Part shown: one piece after another, positions 25,200-40,200 of the stretch
Numbering within the stretch: position 1 is the stretch's first letter
How the letters are laid out: every line of letters starts with the position of its first letter
Assembly: GCF_048593235.1 (NCBI RefSeq)
Contig: NC_133617.1
Location: forward strand, 73,678,937 to 73,742,936
Direction: 5' to 3'
Length of the DNA: 64,000 bases
Source of the DNA: Sminthopsis crassicaudata
Lineage: Eukaryota
Program-made: the position numbers and the translations under genes
The notes under the pieces: model-generated
Databases searched by the model: none
What the model saw: only the letters and a program-made list of their open reading frames with translations
What the model was told of the DNA's origin: nothing

Positions 25200-27005
25200 G
25201 GAACAGCTTCACAAGGGTTAGGGTGAAAATAGTTCTGTTTTATGGTAAAATTGGGATTGGTTCCTGACCTATCTTAGGCATCTAAGTGATGGTCTTCTAA
25301 GTGAATTTGAGGTCAGTGAATATGGAAGCAAAGAGAGGAGTTCTCATAATAGTAGATGCTAAAAGGAGGTAGATGTAGATAGAGACTTGTCCTTTAATTC
25401 AGGATCACGAATTATACAATTACATTGTAGATTCTTCTTATATCAGAAAATCACTCTTAGAGGACTTCTACTGACAGCCTGCATGGTTGTGTTTATAACT
25501 TGGTATGGTCTGACCCCATTATCCCTAGCAAGATTATCTCCTGTTACCCAGTGAATTCAATAGAAAAATCGATTTCTCTCCCTTTAAGTTCTTATGCTCC
25601 TTCAAGAATATTTGATTTCATAAAATTGTAATTAATATTAAATCATCCAAAGACAGTTAAAGACACTACAGTTTATTTTCCTTATTCTCACCTATGGGTC
25701 CTATGATAACCCTGCTGTTATTTGTTCCAGCCTTGTTCAAATGCTATCAAGAGCTAGGTTTATCCTATTAAGCTCCTGAATATCTCTTTGATATCACCCC
25801 ATGTCTGCCAGAATAGGCTAATAATAAAAGTAATCTTGAATGACTTAAGTCCATTCAGAAATAAGCTTCCATACTATCTGTACTTCTGTTCTCCAAATTC
25901 TAGTCAGTAAATGTATCACTCTTTTTTGATACTCTTGTACTTGTTGGATCCATTCAAGCCGGTGTGAAAAGTCTATTATCACCCTTTAGAATAACTTTGC
26001 CAATTCTATGAGTAACATCACTTAAAAGAAAAATTCTGTAATTCAGTAATTATAGAATAACTCCTTTGTATTGTTTTTCTTTTTTTAATTATTAAATTTT
26101 GTTTTCACACATCATGCAAAACTCCAGTATATTTGTTATTCAATCCTCCATAACATATAATACCTTAAAAGAATTCAGCAAAATAGCATAAAAGAGTAAT
26201 TGCAACTGTGTGTAGCCTTGGTTTATAGCTTATGGGAAGTACAGTATGTGCAATAGTAATGCTATTGTCCAACAGTTTTGTTCTGAGTTTTGTTGACATA
26301 TCAAGTTGACTTTATTTACATAGTTATAGTAACTGTGTCTATCACCTGCTCACCTTTATTTTTGCTATCTATCATTTCATGCAAGTCTTCCCAAATTTCA
26401 TTTTTATCTTTTCTTATGGCACAGTAATAATCCATTCCATTTGTATGCTGCCATTTGACTAGCTATTCCCCAGTCATGGAATGCACAGTCCAATAACCCC
26501 ATTTGGTTGTTTAATACTCTTATATTTGATTCATGTGCTATTGGGTGCTTCCTTTCTGTCGTGATACTCTGACAGACAAATGAAAAGTACTAGAAGTGAT
26601 TTTTGCAAGCCCATAGAGGATAATAAGTATTCAAAGTTAATTACATTAAAGCTTATGGTTATTTAAGAGCTCAATTATGGTTGTATTAATCATTGCACAT
26701 TTCTCTAGCAGTTTAATATTTTCAAAGTACTTTTCTCAAAACAATTCTGTGAGGCCTGGTTTACAAATGTGGAAACTAAAGCTTAGAGTAGTAAAGGAGC
26801 TTGATTAGGGTCCGAAACCTTGGTACATGTTGACCCTAGGACTCAAACCCAAGTCTTTTGATTTTAATATTCTTATCATTACTGTTGTTATTTGTCCTTC
26901 ATTCTTGAAGAGGACCATGACATGAGGGAGGTGATGTCATGACATACAAGTTAGTTGGATTTAATAGCACTGGTCCACAAACCGGAATTAGTCATTTGGA
27001 AAACT

Positions 27006-27108
27006 CCTTCCTTCCTGCTTACTTCCTTCCTTTCTTCCTTTCCTCCTCTCCTTCCTCTCTTTCTCTCTCCCTCCTTCTCTCTTTCCTTCCTTCCTTTCTC
27101 TCTCTCTA
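27006..27108. repeat. (CCTT)n/(CT)n pyrimidine tract; (TTCA)n nearby at about 27466-27499
   Basis: Simple repeats read directly. Confidence 0.9.
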
Positions 27109-29867
27109 TCCACATAAGGTACACCCTTACCTATAGATGTTCTTAAAAGCTTTTTTTTCCTATTAGATCTCTGAACCCTCCCAGGAGGTCTTGGGGTCTC
27201 CTGGACAGATTTCTTTCTTAAAGACATTGTCTTTAACCAAAATCATTCTGATTTTCATTGATTAGCCACCAATGGGTCCCAGGTCAAGGTCCTAAAAAGT
27301 CAAATGGTATTTCCTTATCCCGCAGGTAGAATATTTCCTGTCCTCTTCTCCTAATCTGATTTAGAGTCAAAGGCTGCCTAGGTGAAAATTCCTTTTTCCT
27401 CTTACTGCTCATATTCTTCATCACTATCCTTCCTGAGGCCCTGTTCTACTCTATGCTCCCTTTCCATTCATTCATTCATTCATTCATTCATTCATTCATC
27501 CTTTCACCTTCTTCTTTCCCCTATTCTATCATGAATACATTTTGCTTCATTTTAGAGCTTTTCCTGGCATGCTTCTCCAACTTGTTGCACTCACAGAACC
27601 TGGCTTCTCTTCCAGAAGACTTGCATCCCTGGCCACCTTCTACAGTACTGGATGTCTTTTTCTCATGTCCCTGGACACATAGGCCAAGAAGAGGAGTATG
27701 CAAACTCTTTTTTTCTTTACTGACTCTTTCCCTCTGCCAACATCACTCAGCAACATTTCCTCCTTTGTGCTTTGCTCCATCCATCTGCGTCCCCCTCTAG
27801 GCACCCATTCACAGTTATCTACTGGCCCCCAGGCTATGCTGCCCCCTTTCTCGTGGAAGTGAATACCTATTTCACCTCCTTCTTCTCCTTATCAGCTTTT
27901 GATCTACAGCTTCTGAACTATAAGACACATGTTGATATCCCCTGAACGTCCTGGCTTCCCTGTCCTCCAAGCTCTGGTGATGTGCACCTTCACTCTAGTC
28001 TGCCACACACGGTTTTGTTCACATTTGACCTCACTATCTCTCATAATTATTCTGCATCCATAATACAGAGCAATAAAATTCTCCTCTCCTACCAACTTGT
28101 CAGCCTTCCATCTCTCACTGCTAAACCTACTTTACAGTGATCTAAATAAATCAGGCATGTTTGTCCACCTGGAAAGAGGTGGAATTGAGCAGAGAGCATT
28201 CCAGGCATGGGGTAAGGAGGATAGTCTTCAGAGTTATAGCCTGGGCTACTGTTTCCATATGACTTCTGAGTTAATAAATAAAAAATTTCTCTGTTCAATA
28301 CATTTGGCCAGTGCTGTTGGTTCAGCTTCCTAATAGGTCTCTCTTTTTTTCCTCTCTAATCCATCTTCCACACAGCTGCCAAAGTGACTTTCATAAAAGC
28401 ACAAGTCTAATCATTCCAGTACTTAACACAAGTACCTACTCTCAGGTCAGCTGTCTTGGGGCTTCACAGACACTTCATGTGTGAAGAGAAATGAGGAGAC
28501 ATTCTGTTCTGGTCAAGGATGATTGGTGTGGAGAATAGATTCAGAGCCCAATATTACCTAGAGTGCATGTCTCCTAAAAATCTTGCATTCAAGATACCTC
28601 AAGCACAGGCTGTGGAGGAATTGCATTAACTATCCATGGTTTCTCTGCAAAAGTTGGTTTGATTTTGTTTGGTTTTTTACAAACCAAGTACATAAGAAGA
28701 CTTTACTTTTTCCAGCTTCTTGAATTTCTGGGATGGCTGAATGTATGCCATGAAGCATTCCTATGTTTAATTACTAAATTCCAAAGATCTACCTAAAAGT
28801 GGTCATTTGATAAGTATTGCTGAGCCTATTATAAAAACAGAATGTACTATAGGTTTTGAGGACCATGAGAAAATAGGACAAATTGTCTCTTTCTAGGTTC
28901 TCACAAGAAAGTTGGGGAGATAGGAAATAGATATATAAGCCATTTAGAAAACAAGGTATACCATAATGTTGTCCCAGAAATGCTAAAGGAAGGAGTACAA
29001 AGTGGAGATGAGTAGCTTCCTTTCTCCATGGTATCATCACAACAGAATATATTCTCCCTTCTTGCTTCATAGACAAAGCCTTGGACCAAAGCAAATTTGT
29101 GTGTTTTGCTTTAGTGTGATGGGCTATTCTCAGGATAGTGTGACTGTAGAAAAAGGGTCCCAGCTTCTCCACACATACTCTGTCTTCTGGGGTTTTCAGC
29201 CTTCTCCTATAGACCTCAATTCTTCACCCAAGAAGAGACTTATAATTGTGATTTCCTGTGATTATACATGATTCTCTGTTAGTAGGGGGTGTCTCTAGGA
29301 AAGGCCACACAAGAACTTGAGTAGCTTTTGCTAGGATTCTGAGAATGTCCTGGCTTTTTCTGAGCCTTTCTTCAGAAGCCACAGATACAGGCTTGACCTA
29401 GGTGAAGGGACTGCTGGGGACAGAGAAGGGAAGAAATGAGATGTACAGCTGAGTATGTGGGATTCAGATACTAGTGGCTCACATAATCAACAGTAGATTT
29501 CATGATTGTTGGGGGGAAACTGGAGAAAAGTAAGGGAGTAGGGGAGGTGAAGCTTTGTTGAGTAAGACTCCCTAGAGGTGATTTTCAAAAAGAGAGTGGG
29601 CATGATAAGCAAAGGCTCTGTGTTTTCATCCATCTCAATTTTCATTTAACAAAAGCTTTTCTCAGAGACCTTGACTTCGAGTATCTTCATGGTATCACGA
29701 AGCTTTCTTGCACACACAGTTGCAAGGGTTAAGATTATGATACACAGCAGGCATGCAATGACAGTAAGAGGACAATTGGGGAATCTGAAAGTGAAATAGT
29801 AGGAGTGACAAAAAAGACTGGAACCTTCCCCTCTTCCTCCTCTCATGATTCTTTTTTCTTCTCCCAG

Positions 29868-29959
29868 GTGCCATTGACCATCCTGTTCCTACCTGTCTTC
29901 CTGAGTGGAGCCTTGGAGACCAGGCAATAGTAGCAGAAGCTTTGCCGGCCAAACTCCAG
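29868..29959 (+). other. Locus C pre-KRAB exon (92 nt; 5'UTR or coding), reading AIDHPVPTCLPEWSLGDQAIVAEALPAKLQ
   Basis: tttttcttctcccag acceptor, CAG|gtgagc donor; open and in phase with KRAB-A; contains no ATG. Confidence 0.75.
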
Positions 29960-30320
29960 GTGAGCTATGCTTCCTGAAATCCCCCTGCTGCTCTGGTACT
30001 TTCTTTGTGTTAGAAGGGAGTATCTGCATACGTCCATCATCCCCTTTTCATCTATGCACTTACCAAATGGTTTACTGATATTGATGACACACTGGTGAGC
30101 ATAGAGAAGCTACTCACTACATTCTCTTTGCTAGGTGGCTCTGGGATGAGGACTTTTCTATATACTACTCCCTAGTAGTCTGGGCTCTTTTCTCTGTGTG
30201 GATATATTTACCTTTTTTCTTTGTTGCATATCTCATGCTAGCCTGCTCCTTTCCCCAGTAAGTGGTTTTTAGACACTGGCTTTCCCTTTGCCTAAGAGTC
30301 AAGCACTAATAGTCTTCTGA

Positions 30321-30476
<156 letters not shown>

Positions 30477-31073
30477 TGAGATACAAATCTAAATTTCTTG
30501 GATTCTTGCTTTGTAAATAGCCTAGGAATAAAAAGGTGTATTTGGATTTGGGCTTAAGGTTCAGCAATCAGAGATTCCTGGAGCTATCCAGGTTTAAATA
30601 CAGTGTCTTTCTGTTTCCTAATGCCAAGCCACAGGTCTATCTGTTCAGAGCAGTAAATGACTAGTTCTCTTGACTTCTCCCTAAGTTTATTCTTTCCTTA
30701 TCATCTGGGTTTTCTCCTAGTCCCAGAATTCTTTTCCAAGAGTCCAGTTTGGACATGGCCTAGAAATGGAAGTTTCTCACCCTCCTAATGTAGAAAGAAC
30801 ATAGAGGTTATGATTGTTTGTCCCCAGATCACCAACTCCCTGGCCCACCTCCCCAAAGGGATTACAGTCCTAAGGCTCCTTTATTTTTATCATGGCCTTG
30901 TGGGACATGTGTGTATAATATTAATTATACATTAATGTATAATTTTAAATTATCTTATGACAATCTTTTCTTCTTATTTGCCCCATACAGACCCTAAGGG
31001 TTGGGACTGAGTTTAGGACAATGGTGGTTGTCTGTGAAATACTACCTGGAGTTATTTTTTTCCTCACAAACAG

Positions 31074-31187
31074 GATTCTCAGTATCTAAACCTGATGTGA
31101 TTTCCCAGCTGGAAAAAGGGGAAGAGCCATGGGTCCTGGACTCACAGGGAGCTGGAAGGAGAGAGATCCTGAAAAGTGATTATTTAG
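31074..31187 (+). CDS. Locus C KRAB-B exon (114 nt)
   Basis: aaacag|[38 protein letters not shown]|gtgagt. Confidence 0.95.
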
Positions 31188-31599
31188 GTGAGTAAATGAG
31201 CACTACTTCCTTTCTTCTATTACTGAACATTTCCTGTGTACTCATCAGGATACTAGACATGGTTGTTTGAACTAACTTATCTATCCAATGATAAGTAAAC
31301 CTTTAAACCATGCTACTTGCTTAAGTTACTCCCATTTTCTAGTTATTGTGAAAAAGCTCAAAGAAGTTATCTTTTGCTTCCATCTCTTTACCACTCATCC
31401 ATTTGGCAAAAACCCTGTAATCTGGCTTCCCACCCAAGTCTATTAATATTTTTCTCTCAAAGATCATCTTTGACTTTTTTATTTAAAAAAAATCATGTCT
31501 TTTTTATTGATATCTTTTGCTTTTATCCCATAGCTGTCATGTACCTCTTAGTCTGTTTTCTTGACTAAATGCCTCTATGTTCCTTCAGTCATTTCTCAT

Positions 31600-34010
31600 A
31601 AGACTTTTACCATGCTGGTTGCTTTCCTCAGGAATACTCTTCAGCTTATCAATGTCTTTCTTAAATTATGGTTCTCAAAATGAACACAGTGCCAAGGGTG
31701 AAGTCTGACAATGCAGAGTACAGTGGGGCTATCATCTTTCTCATCCTGATAGCTGTGTTCATCTTAATGCAACCTAAAATTACATTAGCTTTTTTGATTG
31801 CCACATCATACTGATAACTCACGTTGAGCTTGAAATCCATTAAAACTACTCAGATTTTTTTTTTAGAATCGCTATAATCAAATTATGTCTTTTCCATCTT
31901 GTACAAGTGTAATTGATTTTTTTTACCCAAGTATAAGATAACATTAATCTCTTGAATTTCATCTTCTTAGATTCAACCCAATGCTCTTAACCTGTCAAGA
32001 TCTTTTTTTATTCTGACTCTGTCATATAGCATGTTAGCTATTTGGAATAAAATTTCCCCTTGTTGATTTCTCTACCTTTTGAAAAATTGATTTATTATTA
32101 AAACATGTAAAAAAAGTTATTAGCTGCCTCTCTATTTTGACAGAAAGCAAATGAAGTCCTTCATCACTATTATATCACACTTCTGGGCCAGACTTGTGAC
32201 CTGTTTTCCAAAATCATCATCATCTATTTCCTCTGTCCCAGTATTTTGTAATATACTCCAATGACAAAATTGTTTTCTTTTTTCCTTACATTGATTTTTA
32301 CCCAAATACTCTTTTCCTTTGGGCCCTTTATTTCTTCACACAAGTGTACTTTCTTAATATACAATGCTCCCTGATTTCCAAGTTCCCTTTTATCTATCCT
32401 GTTTCTCCCGAATAAAGTATACTCATCCCCAGAATTGGGCTTAAATTTCAATAATACTTAGTGTTAAATTTCCCTTCTTGCATTAGCACTCTTATTTCCT
32501 TCACTTGTTGCCAAGATGTTAGGCAAGTATGAATAGATATCATGAAACCAGGGGTTTTACTACTAGGCTCCTTTGTTACATTTCATATCCTCTGAACTTA
32601 AGGGCATCTTTTCTATATTATCTAGATCAATGGAATCAAATGAAAATAGAAACAGGGGCCTCTACCTATATGTTGCCTTTTTTAAAAATCACATTTTTAA
32701 CATGATCTGTGTTTTATTATTTTTATTTATTTTGTTAAATGTTTCCCATTCTGGTTCCAGCACTGGTTCCCCCCTCTTCTCCCCTTCTCTGTCCTTTTAA
32801 AATTTAAAGCCCTTTTGATTCAATTTGCAAGACTATGGGGAAATACATTCTTATCAGTCTTTGAAAAGTGTATTCTATCTCTAGGCAGGAGTTGCTCATC
32901 CCCTTCTTAAATATCTGCTCACTTTCCAGATTATTTTTCTCTTTTGTATCCTTTGCTTTCAGTGGATAACAGTGAGAAAATACTGTGTTCCAATAGTCTT
33001 CAGTTTCTTGACTTGAATTTAGTAATCTTTCATAATACTTTTAAAGTTCCTTTTGATAGTATTATTCTTGCCACTGTAATGATAATAACAACAATAATAG
33101 CATTTATATCACACTTAAAATTTTTCAGAATGCTTTACAAATATTACCTCATTTGATCCTGACAAAAACCCTGTGATATAGGTGCTATTGTTATTCCCAT
33201 TTTTAAATGAGAAAACTGAGGCAGACAGAAGTTAAGAGATTTGCCCAGTATTATACAGTTAGTAAGTGTCTAGGGCCATGTATAAATTCAGGTTTTCCTG
33301 ATTCCAGGTGCAGCTTTCTATTCTCTTTATTACCTAGGTAGGTATCCATTTTAATGCTTCTTGGGAGTTTTTCTCTTGTGTCTTAGATACACAGGCAAGA
33401 AAAACAGACTTCTCTGCCCTAAATCAATAAATCTAAGTAACCCTAAATGGAAAATCATCTATAGTTTCTTTCTTTTACTCTTCTGAAGGATTTGAATCCC
33501 AGTTTTGCCCCATTCAACCTATATGACCTTAGGTAAATCACTTAATCCCTCTAGATCTGTTTCCCCATCACTAAAATGTGGGTGTAACCAAATGGTTTTG
33601 ACAGTCTCGCCTGATTTTAAAGTTATGATCCTATGATAATATTGAGTCTGTTTCTGTCTCTGTAGATATTCAGCTTTTTTTCATGCTTCTTTCAGATAAG
33701 TTCTTCTATGTTCCTCCCCCCAGTTCCTGGATTTGATGGGATTTTGTGCTAAGCTTACAAGGGTAAAATTTGAAATATTGGCCTTTTCCCTTTGCTTTAA
33801 AAAAAAAATGGGGAAATGTTTTTGTACTACTCCTGCAATACCTCTCTCATTTTCTAGGTCATCAAAGATTACTAACAAGAACTCAATAATCACTTCCATA
33901 AGTTCTTTCAACAGTTTGTCCTCATTTTGTGACCTGAACTCTTTGAGGGCATTTAGAAGCATTTCTAGCTTGATAGGACTTAACAGAACTTGTACTTGTA
34001 CTGTACTCAC
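31600..34010 (-). mobile_element. Several ancient CR1/L3 LINE fragments in intron of locus C
   Basis: 32224-32451 resembles the CR1 APE domain (YTLFGRNR...ALYIKK...SIWVKI...VIGVYY); 33681-34010 resembles the CR1 RT N-terminal region (LLKELMEVIIEFLLVIF...PIF); 31600-32050 resembles the RT C-terminal region. Confidence 0.65.
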
Positions 34011-34656
34011 TTTGAAAAAATTGAAATCACTTCTACACCATTATAGTGACACTAGGAGAGAACTTTAGTAAAGGTATTAAACTCATTTTTTTTCTTTAAC
34101 ACTTTAGGTTATTTCAGTTAAACAAATAATTTATTGAGTACTTGCTGTCAAAGTTTCAAGTAACATATAAATAAGTTAAATGACTTGCTTATATGTTAAT
34201 AACATAATTTGTTCAATAAATATTTCCATGATTACATAATAGGTCATTTCTTGCACATAAAAGTTATTTCTTGTTTACAGAATATTTAAGAAAGATGTAT
34301 ATAGTGAGGCTGCTTTATTTCTTATTCTTTCTTAATCACTTTTATGATAATCACTTCCATACTCCCAAGAACTCATGTTATTTCCTTGCTTCTTCACTTG
34401 GCTTGTTTCCTTGAACACTCTTGCACCTTTGCTGTATAGGCTTTCCTTATTCTGTGCCCCATTAGAAAGTGCTCCCCCCAAAAGCTACCTTTTCTCATTC
34501 TTTCTGCAGGTTATAAGACTAGTATTAAAATCAGTCAGCACCATACTAGGAGATAGTATTTCATTAAGGTTTTCATCTTCCTGCCCCAGTCATTTTTCTT
34601 CAGCCAGAATTTTTTTTAATGACATTTATTTTTTTGTTTTGTGTTCAATGTTTCAG

Positions 34657-36914
<2,258 letters not shown>

Positions 36915-37085
36915 TTTTATGAATGTAGCACACATGAAGAAATATTTAGTATGCACTCATTTTAAATTCAACATCACAAAATTCACACTAGGAAGTCACA
37001 TTGTGAATGTAATTTGAGAAAATTTTCTTTGCACTTACACAAAATTTTGCATTATAAAGCTTACAGTGGAGAAAAATACTGTGAA
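36915..37085 (+). pseudogene. Relic zinc-finger sequence in the 3'UTR of locus C
   Basis: After GAA TAA the sequence continues TTT TAT GAA TGT...caacatcacaaaattcacactaggaag...tacagtggagaaaaatactgt. Confidence 0.65.
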
Positions 37086-37187
37086 AAAACTCACTTCATG
37101 ACTTTTTCTACAAATTTAGCATTGTAGCACTGTAGCACTCAAATTTTTTTTCACACCCTTCAATAAGTTAATCATAGAACTTGTGTA

Positions 37188-37206
37188 CACTGCCACCTGG
37201 TGGCAA
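37188..37206 (-). promoter_or_regulatory. Candidate CTCF site
   Basis: Minus strand ttgccaccaggtggcagtg matches the CTCF core CCACCAGGTGGCAG; motif match only. Confidence 0.4.
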
Positions 37207-40200
37207 TGGGGTGTCTAAATTATGTATTCTGAATTCCAAGGTATGTGCCTTCCCTATGATTCAAAAAGTGGCCTTTGGCTCAAAGGCCTCACAGATTTAA
37301 CCATAAATTAATCTATCACTTATAGAAACAGAGTCTAATTATGGAAATCAAAAAAATATGCAACTTTAGACAAATAGTATTTAAAGAGAATACAGCAAAT
37401 TTTTGGGACATTCTTTAATACAAATATCTATATTCCATTCATTGTTATAACTAATTTCCCCTTCTTTTACCATTGAACTTATCTTTAAAGAAAAAGTACT
37501 GGACTTCTTTCACTCAAATATTTGTTGAAACCAACTTAATTCTTTTTTGTTTAGTTCAGTTTGCTTAAATAATTCCATAAAATATGAGAATGTTTTATGT
37601 AGATTCAAGTTCTACCAGACATCATAGCAGTTGATGTACTTATCAAATCTGTAGGTAACATTGGGTGAAAGAATCAGGATTCAGAAAGATCCCAATAGCC
37701 AAAACTATGAGTTAACTCTAAAGATGAAATTAAATAGAGATTAATTAAAAACCCCGCATATAGGTTCAAAAATTCAACTGTATGAGCACAGAGTGAATGA
37801 AATCTGGCTTTAACAGCAGTTTATGGAAAAATACTTGAGTGTCTTATTGCACTGTTGCTGCTGCCATTGTTGATGTTTGTTCTTTATTATCATTAACATG
37901 ACATGCAAGTGAATTAGATTTGAGTGAGGGACAGCTGTCCAAGGTCACCAGCCTCAGTGCCTCCTCTGAATCCAGTGACCAGATGTAGATCAGGAAGACT
38001 AGAGATGGCCCTGGGTGCAGTGAAAGACCTTTCAATATGAATCACTATTGTGTTACAGTAGCCAGAAAAAGCAAATATAATCTTAAACTATATTAATTTG
38101 GCATTATGGCCAGAAAAAAGAATGATGGCACCTCTGTTTTCTGTTCATCATCAGACAACACCTAGAATATAGTGTTCCTAAACTATTTTTTAAATTGCAT
38201 TATGTTAAGAAGAGGATAGCCACAGTGACTTGAAACCATGTTATCTAATAAGGAATCTTAGATTTAGAACTAAATCTAAGGTCACACAGTTCAACACCCC
38301 CCCTCCACAGTTCATATAACTAGAAATAGGTCTGCAGATGGGAAATGATACGTTCAGGGTCACACAGGACAAGGCTGGTATTTGAACCCAAGTTATGCTC
38401 TTTAGATCCAACCTTCTTTCATCTACACAACCTCCACCTGTGAACAGAGAATGTTTAGGCTGGGGAAATATAGGATATGAGAAGAAAATATCACTGTTTT
38501 AAAATATTTGAAGAGCTATTATGTAAAAGAAATTATTCTTGGCCCTGGAAAGCCCAACTAATATCAGTAGTTGGATGTTACAGAGCAGATGTCAGCACAA
38601 GGAGTAATTTCCTTCCAATTAGAAAAAATTCTGTCCCAAGAAATAATAGGTTCTCCATATGAAAGCTGGATAGCCACTTGGTACAGATATTATAAAGGAA
38701 ATTTGTTTTTTGATATTGGTTGGTTCTATGGGTAATCTGAAAAGTTAGATGAGAAAATCTCATTTCATATGTGGAGGTGGGAAGAGACATGGGAACTTCT
38801 ATATACTCAACACAAAGATAGCATGTTGCACAAACTGGCATTAACACATAGTTTTTATATTGGAAATTGGTTCACTATGTTTTGAGTAGCAAGTGGAAGA
38901 AAGAAATTGTAATGACTGCAGCATCCATGCAGCAATATGACATGGTAGAAAGAGCACTGGGCTTAGAACTGGTAGATTTAAATTCAAAGCTTGACTCTCA
39001 CACTTCTTACCTCTATAAGGGAGAGTCACTTCACCCTCTGATTTGTTTATTCATATGTGATACATAGGTGTCACTTAAATTGCATGGTTATAAGCAAAGT
39101 GCTTCATGAGCCCAAAGGACTATGAAAATTAAATTAAACGCACACATACATTAGTACCTTAAACATAGAGAAACAAAGACTGGCCAACACCACAGTTTTT
39201 CTCATTGAACAGGATGCAAACCTACCATGTGGGTATGGTTCTGGTGATTTAGCATGATACTCCTGAAACTGATGGTGGAGACAGCCCTCTCTCTCTACCC
39301 CCATCCCCAGCACACTGATTTTACTTTTCTTCACTCACTGCTAAAAGTACTCCTGTCTAGAAGTCCCCATTTAGGTTCCTTCTCTGCTACTACTTCCCCA
39401 GGTATATGTGGCCTTAAATCCTATGTGGTACTTCAATTTTGTGGGTTACCATCCAGTAAGATGATATATATATAATGTGTTTTGCAGACCTTAAAGGGCT
39501 ACATAAATGCAAGCCACCATTTTGCTGATAAAGGAGCTGTTCAACAGGTAATTTTCATTTCTTCTGAAGCTATAGGTATCAATATTCTGAGGGCCTTAAT
39601 AGTTCTTGGCATATCTACCTTCAATTCTATTTTCTTGCAACTGTATCCTTAAAGTATTTGTCCTAGAGCTCATAATGGCTTTAGGCAGTTGTCTTTTATT
39701 CATTCATTATAGGCACAATAATTTGCATCCATTATATAGGTCATAATCTATAACAATTACTACATAACTGTCACATACTTTTGGAAGAAAAAAAAGCTTA
39801 CAGCCCAAGATAGATGAAAGAAGGTAGAACTGAAGTAGCAAGTTGTAAAATAAGGAAGTGATAAATGATTACCTAATCCTGAGATTAGGGCATCTAAAAG
39901 AAACTCCAGGGATTTTGATGCCCTAAGTCTTGGAAGCCCAAGAACAAAGGACAAATCCATTAGTTCTCAAAACAACCATGTGAGCTAAGTATTTTAAGTA
40001 TTAATAACAATATTCAAATAGCATTTATATAGCACTTTAAGGATTGTAAAGCATTTTACACAAATATTTGATCTTCACAACAACCCTGGAAGTTAAGTAC
40101 TTTTATTATCTCCATTTTATAGGGGAGGAAACCAAGACAGGCAGGTTAAATGACCTCCTCAGGGTCACATAACTAGTAAATATCTGAAGCTGGATTTGAA

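Noticed and set aside
29119-29271. MGYSQDSV... as the upstream coding exon supplying the locus C start
   Set aside because: An acceptor-like site precedes it, but I found no convincing donor in the phase needed to join exon 29868; unsupported without RNA data
24600-29800. SCAN-domain exon upstream of locus C
   Set aside because: Searched by eye for SCAN motifs (LRELC..WL.PE, EQILELLVLEQFL) and found none
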